From positions 1 through 64,000 of the forward strand of contig JAHDYR010000005.1 of assembly GCA_019828565.1 (NCBI GenBank): DNA of 64,000 nt. The letters are read 5' to 3'. Source of the stretch: Carpediemonas membranifera BICM (lineage: Eukaryota; Protista; Fornicata). Below, piece by piece: positions 10,901-20,534 of this stretch; positions within the stretch are counted from its first letter, which is position 1; each line of letters starts with the position of its first letter. A model generated the notes under the pieces. It saw only the letters and a program-made list of their open reading frames with translations. It did not search any database and was not told the DNA's origin. The position numbers were made by a program, and so were the translations under genes.

Positions 10901-11624
10901 TGTGTTCGCCTCAAGGGCGGTGCCCGGATCGAGCGTCATAACGGCGTCAGAGACGCCATCTACGACGTTTGCTCGGAGCAGTTCGTCCCCAAACGGCGCG
11001 AGGTTCCGCTGGATCACACCAGTATGGCCTACATGCCCAACGGGACGGGCCCGACGGAGGTGAAGGCCGATCTGCTCATGCTAGCGGCAACGTCAGCTGA
11101 TGGAACGCCCCTCCACGGCGATATGATCGTCGATGTGGTCGTCTCACAGTCGATCAAGGATGGGATCCGTGACAAGGCCGCTCAGTTCTCGAGGTTCGAC
11201 TGCGAGCTCATCGCGGCCAGCTGTGACCTCGTTGGCAACACGAGAGCTGACCCCGAGGACCGCAAGTCGTGCTGGGTGTGGCGTCTGTGCGAGAGGCTCG
11301 GTCTGAGCGCGGAGGTCCGTCGGGACCTGCGCAGTCGGGTCGTCTTGGCTGTGTGGGCTGGGAACGCGGCGGTCATCCGTGACTACCGCGAGCAGTGCCG
11401 CGTGGCACAGCTCTAACTGTGGTGTGCCCTTCGCGTGTGAGAGAGGCGTCGTAGTCGAGCCAGTCGAGACATCCGAGATTTTTGCACATGTGCAAAATTT
11501 CGATTTCCCGAAAGCGACCCCGCCGAGGCTTACGACTCCGACTACATAACCCACGAGCTCTACTAGGGACCCCCACCTTGCTGACCCTCTGCGCGCGGTA
11601 AGAACGTTCTTTCAGATGATTAAA
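7620..11624 (+). mobile_element. CRE-clade (RLE) non-LTR retrotransposon copy 2
   Basis: Flanked by 14-nt direct repeat; RT, CCHC and restriction-like endonuclease. Confidence 0.9.
7993..11416 (+). CDS. CRE RT-zinc knuckle-RLE protein (frameshift ~10545-10575)
   Basis: SAPGPSG, RPVSIG, LDLTNAY, GIPQGDP, YQDD; CPLC..H..C, RHN, KADL..DV..K, AVWAGNA C-terminus typical of CRE/SLACS proteins. Confidence 0.9.
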
Positions 11625-11697
11625 GGGCGTGTAGCTCAGTTGGTAGAGCGCGTGCTTAGCATGCACGAGGCCCTGGGTTCAAATCCCAGCTCGTCCA
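11625..11697 (+). tRNA. tRNA-Ala(AGC)
   Basis: Cloverleaf, G3:U70, anticodon arm CGTGC-TTAGCAT-GCACG, GGTTCAAATCC, followed by T run, no encoded CCA. Confidence 0.95.
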
Positions 11698-11740
11698 CAT
11701 TTTACAGCACTTTTAGCTATGTAATGATGGTCTTGCACAA

Positions 11741-12235
11741 TTAGTTTTTTCTGGGGCGCTTATCGCTCTTGGGGGCGACTCTGGCACTGGAGCGGGCCTC
11801 TGCGATGAGGACGGTGAGGCTCTCGGAATCACGGATCCTGGAACGTCGGGCTCTGACGTAGTCCTTGACTGCGTCGGCGTAGTGAAAGCCATTGATGTCC
11901 TTAATGAGGAGAAGCTCATGACGGAGCATTAGCTGAAGCTTGATCGTCTCGGTTGTCCAGCTCGGGTGGAGGACGATGTCCCTGTAGAGCATCTGCAGCC
12001 ATTCGGACTCGTTACGCATGGCTAGTGAGTCCGGGTGGCGCCACTCCAGCGACATTAAATCTCGAAGCGTCAATAACTCGCCTGTTAGTTCGTTGATGCG
12101 CTTCTGCGGATCTGGGATCTTCTCTGCTTCAGGCGTGCGGTCCCCGGTGTTGTTCTCGGTTTCTTCAGCCATCTGGCCGTAATTGATTCGATCCCGATTC
12201 GTTCGGCTCGAATAAATCGAATCAGGCAGATCCAT
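11741..12235 (-). CDS. Stand-alone DIRS-type gag-like ORF (element F), likely start MAEE ~12172
   Basis: MRNESEWLQ..LMLRHELLLIKD aligns by eye with LRDEARFLR..LLARYKLLMVKD (32679 ORF) and LKAEAKWLQ..LQARRMVLDLKD (DIRS-A). Confidence 0.7.
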   Translation of the reverse strand: MDLPDSIYSSRTNRDRINYGQMAEETENNTGDRTPEAEKIPDPQKRINELTGELLTLRDLMSLEWRHPDSLAMRNESEWLQMLYRDIVLHPSWTTETIKLQLMLRHELLLIKDINGFHYADAVKDYVRARRSRIRDSESLTVLIAEARSSARVAPKSDKRPRKN

Positions 12236-12276
12236 CGCCCATGCTCCATTATCTCACGCCGGAGCTGACGTCTCAA

Positions 12277-12347
12277 GCATCAGTGGTGTAGGGGTATCAT
12301 CGCACGTTGCCATCGTGTGGACCCGGGTTCGAATCCCGGCTGATGCA
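12277..12347 (+). tRNA. tRNA-Gly(GCC)
   Basis: GCATCAG/CTGATGC acceptor stem, GCACG-TTGCCAT-CGTGT, GGTTCGAATCC, downstream TTTT. Confidence 0.95.
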
Positions 12348-12385
12348 GATTTTGTTTCCGAGTGCCAAAAATGCACGCCAGAGAA

Positions 12386-12442
12386 TCCACAAAGTGTGGC
12401 TCTATAACAGAGAGCCCTCCTCTTAAATCCAACCAAAATGGG
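12386..12442 (-). repeat. 57-bp DIRS junction motif (also 16455-16511, 19668-19724)
   Basis: Three near-identical copies, each between consecutive YR elements; contains TATA-like hairpin and CCACA-CTT-TGTGG inverted repeat. Confidence 0.9.
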
Positions 12443-12520
12443 GGGGGGCGAGTATTTACTTCGGGTGGCTTCCCCGAGCTCTTATGACAGACCCGGGTAA
12501 ATCCTCGTCTCGCGATCCGG

Positions 12521-12730
12521 TCAGGTCCGAAACGGCTCCGACACCTGCCGATGCGTTTCGAAGTGTGACCTAAAGTGCACATTGATCGGCGCGCGCAGGT
12601 GCCAGTGATGGTCCTGTGACAGGAGTCAGGTCCGAAACGGCTCCGACACCTGCCGATGCGTTTCGAAGTGTGACCTAAAGTGCACATTGATCGGCGCGCG
12701 CAGGTGCCAGTGATGGTCCTGTGACAGGAG
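12521..12730. repeat. Perfect 2 x 105 bp tandem repeat in DIRS-A 3' UTR
   Basis: 12521-12625 = 12626-12730. Confidence 0.95.
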
Positions 12731-12955
12731 CCAGCTAGCTGTCCTAGCCTCTAGACATACTTGCTCTACCCAACGGGGATATCCCACCGGCAACGAGCAT
12801 AGTGGAATGGCTTGCAGGCACGCTTGCGAGCCCAAACCGACCGTCTCCTCGAGAGACCGCGTCAAAGAATGTCTGTTGTGGCTTACATCTGCCGTTGTAA
12901 CGCGTGTCAGCCCCACCCTACCTAGCTCTCCCAGCCACTAGCTCCCGTCAGAGAT

Positions 12956-15758
12956 TTAAAGTGGTGGTTGGAGAAGGATGGAGGCCAGGTGACCCTGGAC
13001 CCCTGGATGGGTGCGTACCCCGTTACCCATGTACCTCAGCATGCTCTTCGTAGATGACCACGTGCCCATTGAAAGGAGGACCTCCGTGTTTGTGTTGGCC
13101 ACTGCCAGCTCAGTAGCTGCCCCCTTGCGGAAGGAGTGCCATGAAACGCTCGGGCCGAAGGCGCTGTGGATCCATGTGCGGAGGGTGGACGCTGCAAGTG
13201 GACACGTGAGTGATATACCTCCCGATGGACCGATCGTGCGCCAGATCGAGTCGGAATTGTGTCGCGTCGCAGTTGGGACCCAGGCCTTGAGGGCTCTTGC
13301 CGGGTTGAAGCGGTCCCATGACCTGTTAGGAATAAGCTTATGGATGCCCTTGGCCGTCTTGGTGCGGGGGAACCAGAGCATAGCGTTGCCCTGTTCATCG
13401 AAAGAGATGTCGCCTCTCGTCAGGCCGAAGATCTCGCCTCCCTGGCTGACTGAGATGAATGTAAGTGCAGCGAACAGCGCTACCTGGAACGCTTTCGGTG
13501 AGGAGCGTCGCCTGTCGACGACCTTGCGGACCTGGGCTCTGGTCACCGGTAGTGCGCCTCCTGTTAGGCCGTCGAGAGATGCTACGTTCTCCGCACTCTT
13601 GATGATCTGCCTGGCTTCTGGCGGAGGTCGCCAGTTGGAGACGAGTGGAGCCGCTTGACAGATCCAGTAGCCCTTTCTGTGGATACTCTGCGGGCTAGTG
13701 GTCTCGCCCTCGGCGAGGAGGAATGCTCTGAGTTGTTCGGCGTCGGAGAGGGCTGCCTGTCGCGATAGGACGAACTTAGAGACCCAGCCAGCCGCTGAGC
13801 GGCGCGATGACTCGTTTCGGAAGTGAGATAGCCTGTCGTGGCGGAGGAGTTCGTCGAACGGGTCTTGACGATCATCGCAATCATTCTGATCTTTCCTTGC
13901 CTCTCGGTCCAGGATAGCTCCGTGTTGAGCATGTGCGAGGAGTGGACTCTGAGATACATCTTGTGTTGGGACAGCCGTTTCAGCGCTCTGACTTCGGGTG
14001 AGTTGAGATCGGGGAAGAGGAGTATTGCCGCTGACCTCCACGTCCGAGGGGACGTAGTCGGGGTCTGAGGCGTCCGAATCTTCTCCAGACGACGATGTGC
14101 CGCTCCCAAGAGCGCTGTCGGCGGAGCCAGATAGATCCTGGCGCCGGTCCAGGAGCGCTGGAAGCCGTGATCGTCGAGGGACCAAGCTTTCCTGACGAAT
14201 CCTGGCAGTGCGAGCTTCTTGTCCGGAGATGCAGTGACGTCTATCTCCGCCGGACCCCACTTGGCCATTATCGTCTCGAGTACCTCGCGGGGTGAGTGCC
14301 AATCGAGCTTTGCGAATCTCGACAGCCGGTCCGCCTGGACATTGAGGTGCCCTGCGATATGGAAGCAGTGAATATCGACATTCTTCGTGTTCACCGTGGT
14401 GAAGATATCCTGCAGGAGTCGAATGGCCGTGTCGGCGAGACATGGGGAGCCCTGGCGGTTGACCCATGCGATGGCCGCGGTGTTGTCCGAAAAGATAGCT
14501 AGTTGGGTCCTGGTGCGCTGGGTTGGGGTGAGCTTGATAGCCTGGCCAATCGCGTAGAGCTCCTTGACTCCGATATGAGAGTCTCGGAACTCGGGAGGAA
14601 AGCGGCCTTGAGCCGAGCGGCCCTGGTCGCCGTTGAATAGGCAGGCGCCCCACGCGAAGGAGGACGCGTCGGATGCGACCGAGAGCTGGAGTTCGTCCTT
14701 GATCTCCCAGTCTGCCCTGACCTGAGCGAAGGGTCTGGATGGACGATCTCTGAGCAGCGCTAGCCAGCTGTTGAGCTGGCGACGCATCTGCTGCGAGATG
14801 TGAAGCGTCGGGGCGGGATGTAGGGCCTGGAGTGATCTGAGCTGGAGCCTGGCGAACTGTGTCGTACTTGCGAAGAACGAGAGGCGGCCTAGTAGGCGTT
14901 GCCACTCGGTTGCATCGATCCTGCCGGCCCTGAGGGCCTGCTCGATTGATGTTGCATAGCGATCGGCTCTGTCCTTGGAAATCTGCAGTGTCTCGGCGGC
15001 TGTGTTGATGGTGACTCCTAGGTACTCCAGGCGTTGTGTGGGAGTTAGGATGCACTTGTTGAGCCCTGGGATAGCTCCCAGCGACCTCATGAGCGCGACT
15101 ATTTGGGGAGCGGCGTCTGCTAGGTGGCGACGTGACCGATGTGAGATGAGAAAGTCGTCGAGGTACACCGCTATTGTCACGTTGAAGCGGTTCGCGAGTA
15201 TCTTTGCTAGCTGGATGGACGTAGACTGGAACACGAACGGGGCAGCGGTCCAGCCGAACCCTAGTGTGTTGTATCTGTACGCCTGCCCGTTCGGGAGGAC
15301 GATCCCCAGTAGCGTGGAGTCGGTCGGAGCCACACCCATCTGGTGGTAGCCGGAGGCTAAGTCGATCTTGAGCATGAAGTCGTTGCGCTTGAGGTTGCGC
15401 ACTGCTCGTTTTAGGCCGAAGAGCCGGAAGACCCGCGTCTCCGCAGTGATTGCGTTGAGGTCGCGTAGGTCGTGTACCGGGCGGACATCGTGCTCGCCCT
15501 TTGCAACCGCGAAGAGCGGGGCACTGTGCCGGAGTTGCCCGCTGGTACAGGGTGAGATCACGCCAAGTCGGACCATCTCGTCGAGCTTTGGGGTGAGCCG
15601 TGGGTCCAGGCGCCGTTGTGGCGTGGGTGGCGGGGGAGTGCCTGTTAGCTTGATAGGTACGCCGTGACGGAGCCAGCCGACCACCTCGTCCGAGGCGCCG
15701 AGCCTTTCCCATAACCACCACCTCGCGTTCATCGACGGGAATTGATGAACAGAGGTTG
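12956..15758 (-). CDS. DIRS-A ORF3: long frame overlapping ORF2, ending in tyrosine recombinase
   Basis: RTKT, HSFRKG, GTW, SMLRY; first catalytic Arg appears as Gln (VSQGGEI). Confidence 0.85.
13582..15732 (-). CDS. DIRS-A RT-RNase H-adenine methyltransferase-like ORF2
   Basis: IDLASGYHQ, LGFGWTAAP, YLDD, SDAS..KELYA..SDN..NVQADRLSR, LDW..WGPAEIDVTAS..IYLAPP. Confidence 0.92.
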   Translation of the reverse strand: MNARWWLWERLGASDEVVGWLRHGVPIKLTGTPPPPTPQRRLDPRLTPKLDEMVRLGVISPCTSGQLRHSAPLFAVAKGEHDVRPVHDLRDLNAITAETRVFRLFGLKRAVRNLKRNDFMLKIDLASGYHQMGVAPTDSTLLGIVLPNGQAYRYNTLGFGWTAAPFVFQSTSIQLAKILANRFNVTIAVYLDDFLISHRSRRHLADAAPQIVALMRSLGAIPGLNKCILTPTQRLEYLGVTINTAAETLQISKDRADRYATSIEQALRAGRIDATEWQRLLGRLSFFASTTQFARLQLRSLQALHPAPTLHISQQMRRQLNSWLALLRDRPSRPFAQVRADWEIKDELQLSVASDASSFAWGACLFNGDQGRSAQGRFPPEFRDSHIGVKELYAIGQAIKLTPTQRTRTQLAIFSDNTAAIAWVNRQGSPCLADTAIRLLQDIFTTVNTKNVDIHCFHIAGHLNVQADRLSRFAKLDWHSPREVLETIMAKWGPAEIDVTASPDKKLALPGFVRKAWSLDDHGFQRSWTGARIYLAPPTALLGAAHRRLEKIRTPQTPTTSPRTWRSAAILLFPDLNSPEVRALKRLSQHKMYLRVHSSHMLNTELSWTERQGKIRMIAMIVKTRSTNSSATTGYLTSETSHRAAQRLAGSLSSSYRDRQPSPTPNNSEHSSSPRARPLARRVSTERATGSVKRLHSSPTGDLRQKPGRSSRVRRT

Positions 15759-16312
15759 TTATGTTCTCTTCTTCTTGTGAAACCCCCCATGTTACCGTTG
15801 GTGTCCTTACGCCTGCCCTTAGAGCGGGCCTTCGCTGCGCAGTAAGCGATGGTGCGGCTGCTCTTGCTTTCTGTGCTGTTGAAGAGGTCCTGAAACAGCT
15901 CGGTCGTGGCATCGGACCAGTTATCATCTTTGAGGTCTAGGACCATTCTACGAGCCTGTAGTTCGAGAAGAAGACGTTGTTTCGTCGCGGAATCTGGGAG
16001 AGCACTAGTGATCACGACAACGCGTTGAAGCCACTTCGCTTCTGCCTTGAGAGGTCTCTTGCTTGGTAACTCCGAGAAGGTGTCCATCTCTGCCAGAGTT
16101 GCATCTATGTCCTCCATCGTGTCCTCCTCCAACGATTCGGAGGTATTGAACCTAGCAACGGTGGAACTTTCGAGCATTTCGTCGTCAGGTTCTTTCTCTG
16201 GCGGAGGCGGAGGAGCAAGCCTGTTCAGGGCTTCGGACATGGAATTGATTGAAGCTTCTAGCTTATCTAAGCGTGTTGCCGTCGGATCCGGCGGATCCGA
16301 ACCTTGCGCCAT
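15759..16312 (-). CDS. DIRS-A gag-like ORF1
   Basis: Homologous to 19014-19541; one extra base near 15781 would restore GFHKKKRT-stop. Confidence 0.8.
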
Positions 16313-16451
16313 TCTGTCCGCATAAACTGCGTGACTCGCCTGACCGGCGAAACACCTTTTGCCCGGAGTGAGGCTATCGCATCGCCCTCCGCTCCGGGCC
16401 CGTTACCCGAGGTAACCTTACTGACGATGTAGCGCCAGATGATCTGACACG

Positions 16452-16856
16452 CTTTCCACAAAGTGTGGCTCTATATCAGAGAGACCTCCTCTTAAATCCA
16501 ACCAAAATGGGACAATCCCGCAAGACGTCCCTGTGGGACTAAAGCTTTGGGCCGGCGAGTCTATCTCGCCTCGACCAGAGTTAAGAATTAATGATGAATC
16601 CAGGCCGGCGAGTCCGTCTCGCCTCGGCCGTTCCCCTCGAACGCGGATGTTTAATGGAGGGGGTGGTTAAAAGTGGGGCCCGAGAAGGCTGAGGTTCATC
16701 CTCCTGGTGAGGTCCTCGTTTGTTCTGATGGCGTCAGCGACATAGCTGCGGAGGGATGTGACGTCCTTCCATGTGCCCATAGAGAGGATCACCTCCAGCG
16801 GGACTCCTGAGAGAGCCATCTCCGACGCTGCCCCCTTACGGAAGCTGTGGAGACCC
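16452..16856 (-). repeat. 405-bp direct repeat of 19665-20069 (DIRS-C YR tail + 3' UTR + junction motif)
   Basis: Offset 3213, one mismatch seen. Confidence 0.92.
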
Positions 16857-16964
16857 TTACCTTGGCAGCGGTCGGGGGGCGCCAGTCAGACACGAGTGGG
16901 GCGGCCTCGCAAATCCAGTAGCCTTTCCTGTGTATCGACTGTGGGCCCGACGTGGTACCCTCGG

Positions 16965-18984
16965 TCAGAAGGAACTCTTTGAGCTGTTGCGCGTGTGAGT
17001 GGCTCGCGTTGCGGGATTGGAGGAATTTGGCGACCCAGCCCGCTGCTGTGCGGCGCGACGATTCGTTTCTGAAATGTGATAGTCGGTCGTCAGCGAGGAG
17101 GGCTTGGAACGGGTCCTCAGGATAAGCGCCACGAAGCGGATCTTGCCCTTGTCTGTCGCTGTCCAGGCTAGCTCGGACTGCAGGAGGTGTTTCGCCTGGA
17201 CTCTGAGGTACAACTTGAGGGGTGTCAAACGTTTGATGGCTCGGACCTCGGGCGAGTTGAGGTCCGGGCACAGGACTATCGCCGCTGATCTCCAGTGTCG
17301 AGGGTTCCTAGTCTGGGTCGAGGCGTGTATTGTCTGGAGGCGACGACACGTCACTCCAAGAAGGGCTATAGGAGGAGCTATATAAATCCTGACTCCCCTC
17401 CAGTCCATCTGGAAGCCGTTGTCGTGGATTGACCAGGCTAGTTCTGCAAAGCCTGGTAAGGCCAGAACCTTGTCGGGGCGTGCTGTGACGTCGATCTCGA
17501 CCGGCCCCCACTTGCGCATGATGGTTTCCAAGACTTCTCGGGGTGACGACCAGTCGAGCTTGGCGAACCTGGAGAGCCTGTCCGCCTGGACGTTCAGGTG
17601 TCCGGCAATATGGAAGCAGTGGACGTCGAGGCGCTTGGTTTCTGCCGTGTTGTAGATGTCCTGTAGGATCTGGTGTGCGGCTGGGGGGAGGTTCGGCGAT
17701 CCCCGTCTGTTTACCCAGCTGATGGCAGCTGAGTTGTCGGCAAAGACTGTGAGAGAGGAGCGTGACTCCTGCTGGGGCACGAGATTGATCGCCTGAGCGA
17801 TCGCGAAGAGCTCCTTGACGCCAATGTGTTCCCCCTTGAGATGAGGGGGGAAGGCACCCTGTGATGCCGCTCCCTTCTCCCCCATTGAACAGGCATGCTC
17901 CCCAGCCGGACGTTGATGCGTCTGAGGTGACAGAAATCTGGAGCGTATCGCGTATTTCCCAGTCCGCTCTTGCTTCGGCGAACCTCTTGGGTGGGCGATC
18001 GCGGAGGAGGACTTGCCACGCCGCCAGCTGCCTGCGGATTTGGCTGGAGAGGTGGACGGTCTCCGTTGTAGGGGTGGCCTGCAGTGGTCTGAGTGCGAGG
18101 CGGGCGAACTGTGTGGTCCCTGCGAAGAATGACAGACGGCCTAGGAGCTTCTGCCAGTCTGAAGCTGTGATGGACCCGACCCGGAGGGCCTTGGCGATCG
18201 TGGCCGTGTAGGTCTCGGCCTTGTCTTTTGAGATTCTTAGGGACTCGCTTGCGGTGTCTATGTGGACACCTAGGTAGTCTACCTGCTGGGTCGGCGTGAG
18301 GACGCACTTGTTGAGGCCCGGTATCGCCCCCAGCGATAGCATGAGGTCGATGATCTGCGGGGTGACCGAAGCTAGGTACGATGGGGAGGCATGGGACACT
18401 AAGAAGTCGTCGAGATAGACCGCGATGGTCACCCCGAACCTGTGTGCGATGATCTTTGCAAGCTGTATGGTCGTGCTCTGGAACACGTACGGCGCCGCTG
18501 TCCATCCGAAGCCGAGTGTGTTGTACCTGAATGCGCGGCCGTCCGGTAGGACCACGCCTAGGAGGGGGGAGTCTCGCGAGGCGACGCCAAGTTGGTGGTA
18601 TCCCGATGCTAGGTCTATCTTGATCATGTAGTCGTTCTTGTGCAGATTGCGGACCGCCCGTCTGATGCCGAACAGACGAAACACCCTCAGCTCTGCTGTC
18701 AACTCGTTCAGGGCTCGGAGGTCGTGCACGGGGCGGACATCGTCTTTGCCCTTCGACACCGCGAACAGGGGTGCGCTGTGACGCAGTTCGTCTATCGGGC
18801 ACGGGGAGAGGACGCCCTTGGCGACTAGCTCTTCGATCTTCGGGAGTAGGCGGGGGTCCACTCGCCTTTGCGGTTCTGGTGGAGGGGGCGCAGAGGTGAG
18901 GTGGATAGGGACGCCATCCCGCAGCCAGCTTACTACCTCGGGGGAGGCACCGAGTCTTGCCCACACCGGCCACTTTTTGTTCAT
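16965..18984 (-). CDS. DIRS-B RT-RH-MT (frameshift ~17880)
   Basis: YLDD, SDAS, NVQADRLSR, IYIAPP. Confidence 0.88.
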
Positions 18985-19013
18985 TGACGGGAACTGAACA
19001 TCTGTGGCAAGGG

Positions 19014-19541
19014 CTACTTCTTGTGCTTCTTGTGAAACCCCCCTTTGTTCTGGGGCTGGTCCTTTCTCTTACCCTTGGCTCTGGCTTTGGCTGCGCAGTA
19101 GGAGATGGCACGGGGGGTTTTGGTCTGGGACGTGTTGAACAAGTCGAGAAACAGTTCGCAGGTTGCGTCCGACCAGTTGTCGTCCTTGAGGTCCAGAAGG
19201 GTACGGCGTGCTTGGAGTTCCACCAGGAGTCTTGCTTTGAGCGGCTCGTCGTCGAGGGCGTTGACGATCACCATCACGCGGCGAAGCCACTTTGCTTCCG
19301 CCTTAAGTGGTCTCTTTGTCGGAAGCTCGCCGTATGCATCCATCTCTGCCAGTGTTTGGCCAATATCCGCTTCATCTTGTTCAGGGAAGAAATCAATTTG
19401 GGATTCCTTCGGCGGCTCGGTCTCGGGCGGCGGAGGAGGCGGATTAAGCTTTGCAAGCTGTTGCGAGATGGTAGCGATTGTGGCTTCTAGGTTATTGAGC
19501 CTCGTTGCCGTCGGATCTGGATGTTCCGAATTTTCTACCAT
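19014..19541 (-). CDS. DIRS-B gag-like ORF1
   Basis: 175 aa, ELPTKRPLKAEAKWL, basic tail. Confidence 0.85.
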   Translation of the reverse strand: MVENSEHPDPTATRLNNLEATIATISQQLAKLNPPPPPPETEPPKESQIDFFPEQDEADIGQTLAEMDAYGELPTKRPLKAEAKWLRRVMVIVNALDDEPLKARLLVELQARRTLLDLKDDNWSDATCELFLDLFNTSQTKTPRAISYCAAKARAKGKRKDQPQNKGGFHKKHKK

Positions 19542-19879
19542 TCTGCCCGCATAAACTGCGCGGCTCGCCTGGTCGGCGCATCACCATGCCGGAGCGAGGC
19601 GATCTCATTGCCCTCCGCTCACGGCCCGTTACCCGAGGTAACCTGTCAGCGCGATGTAACGCCACTTTCCACAAAGTGTGGCTCTATAACAGAGAGACCT
19701 CCTCTTAAATCCAACCAAAATGGGACAATCCCGCAAGACGTCCCTGTGGGACTAAAGCTTTGGGCCGGCGAGTCTATCTCGCCTCGACCAGAGTTAAGAA
19801 TTAATGATGAATCCAGGCCGGCGAGTCCGTCTCGCCTCGGCCGTTCCCCTCGAACGCGGATGTTTAATGGAGGGGGTGG

Positions 19880-20482
19880 TTAAAAGTGGGGCCCGAGAAG
19901 GCTGAGGTTCATCCTCCTGGTGAGGTCCTCGTTTGTTCTGATGGCGTCAGCGACATAGCTGCGGAGGGATGTGACGTCCTTCCATGTGCCCATAGAGAGG
20001 ATCACCTCCAGCGGGACTCCTGAGAGAGCCATCTCCGACGCTGCCCCCTTACGGAAGCTGTGGAGACCCGTCCGTGGACCGAACAACGCCTTCACGACTC
20101 GTCGGAGGTGTGCGGCTGTGAGCGGTTTGTCTCTGCTCAGGCGCCCGTTGACTATGACTCGCCAGATGGGGGTGTCATCAGCCAGGTAGTGTGTGCCCTC
20201 GACCCAGCGTCTAAATGCCAAGGCCGGGTTGAAGGCGGCTGATAGCCATACGTATGGTACGCGCTTCTTAACTCCCGTTAGGATGGTCTTGGTCCGCTGA
20301 ATGTGTAGGAGAATGTCGCCGTTCTTGAGTAGCTCTAGGTCGGCCGGGCATAGGGAGAGTATCTCGATGCCTCTGGACACCGTCAGATAGGCGACTGCCC
20401 CAAAGAGACATGCCTGATATGACTCAAAGTCGTCACTCCGGCGCCCCAGTGCCTCGATCATCTCAGCCTTGGTGATGGCGCG
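19880..20482 (-). pseudogene. DIRS-C tyrosine recombinase, 5'-truncated
   Basis: VSRGIEI, RTKT, HSFRKG, GTW, SLRSY; ORF-track N-terminus is antisense tRNA-Ser. Confidence 0.85.
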
Positions 20483-20534
20483 TCGCAGTTTCGCCGGGTT
20501 ACGGATGCCAGAGGGGAGTGCTATATGGGCACAA

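Larger units (their letters stand above)
12443..16463 (-). mobile_element. DIRS-like YR retrotransposon A, apparently complete
   Basis: gag, RT-RH-MT and overlapping YR between two 57-bp motifs; ends approximate. Confidence 0.9.
16857..19676 (-). mobile_element. DIRS-like element B, YR truncated
   Basis: gag 19014-19541, RT 18984 onwards, RH-MT 16965-17885, YR N-terminus to ~16857. Confidence 0.88.

Noticed and set aside
12350-12442. Spliced-leader or snRNA gene (CCATTTTGG, Sm-like ATTTTTGG, ACAGAGA)
   Set aside because: Only short matches, no convincing donor site or U6 context; an Rfam search would be needed
12386-12730. CRISPR array or bacterial retron/integron
   Set aside because: No repeat-spacer periodicity; proteins and tRNAs are eukaryotic retroelement and Pol III type
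12956-16312. 1118-aa gag-YR fusion
   Set aside because: One missing base near 15781 explains it; B, D and E gag ORFs stop at the equivalent place
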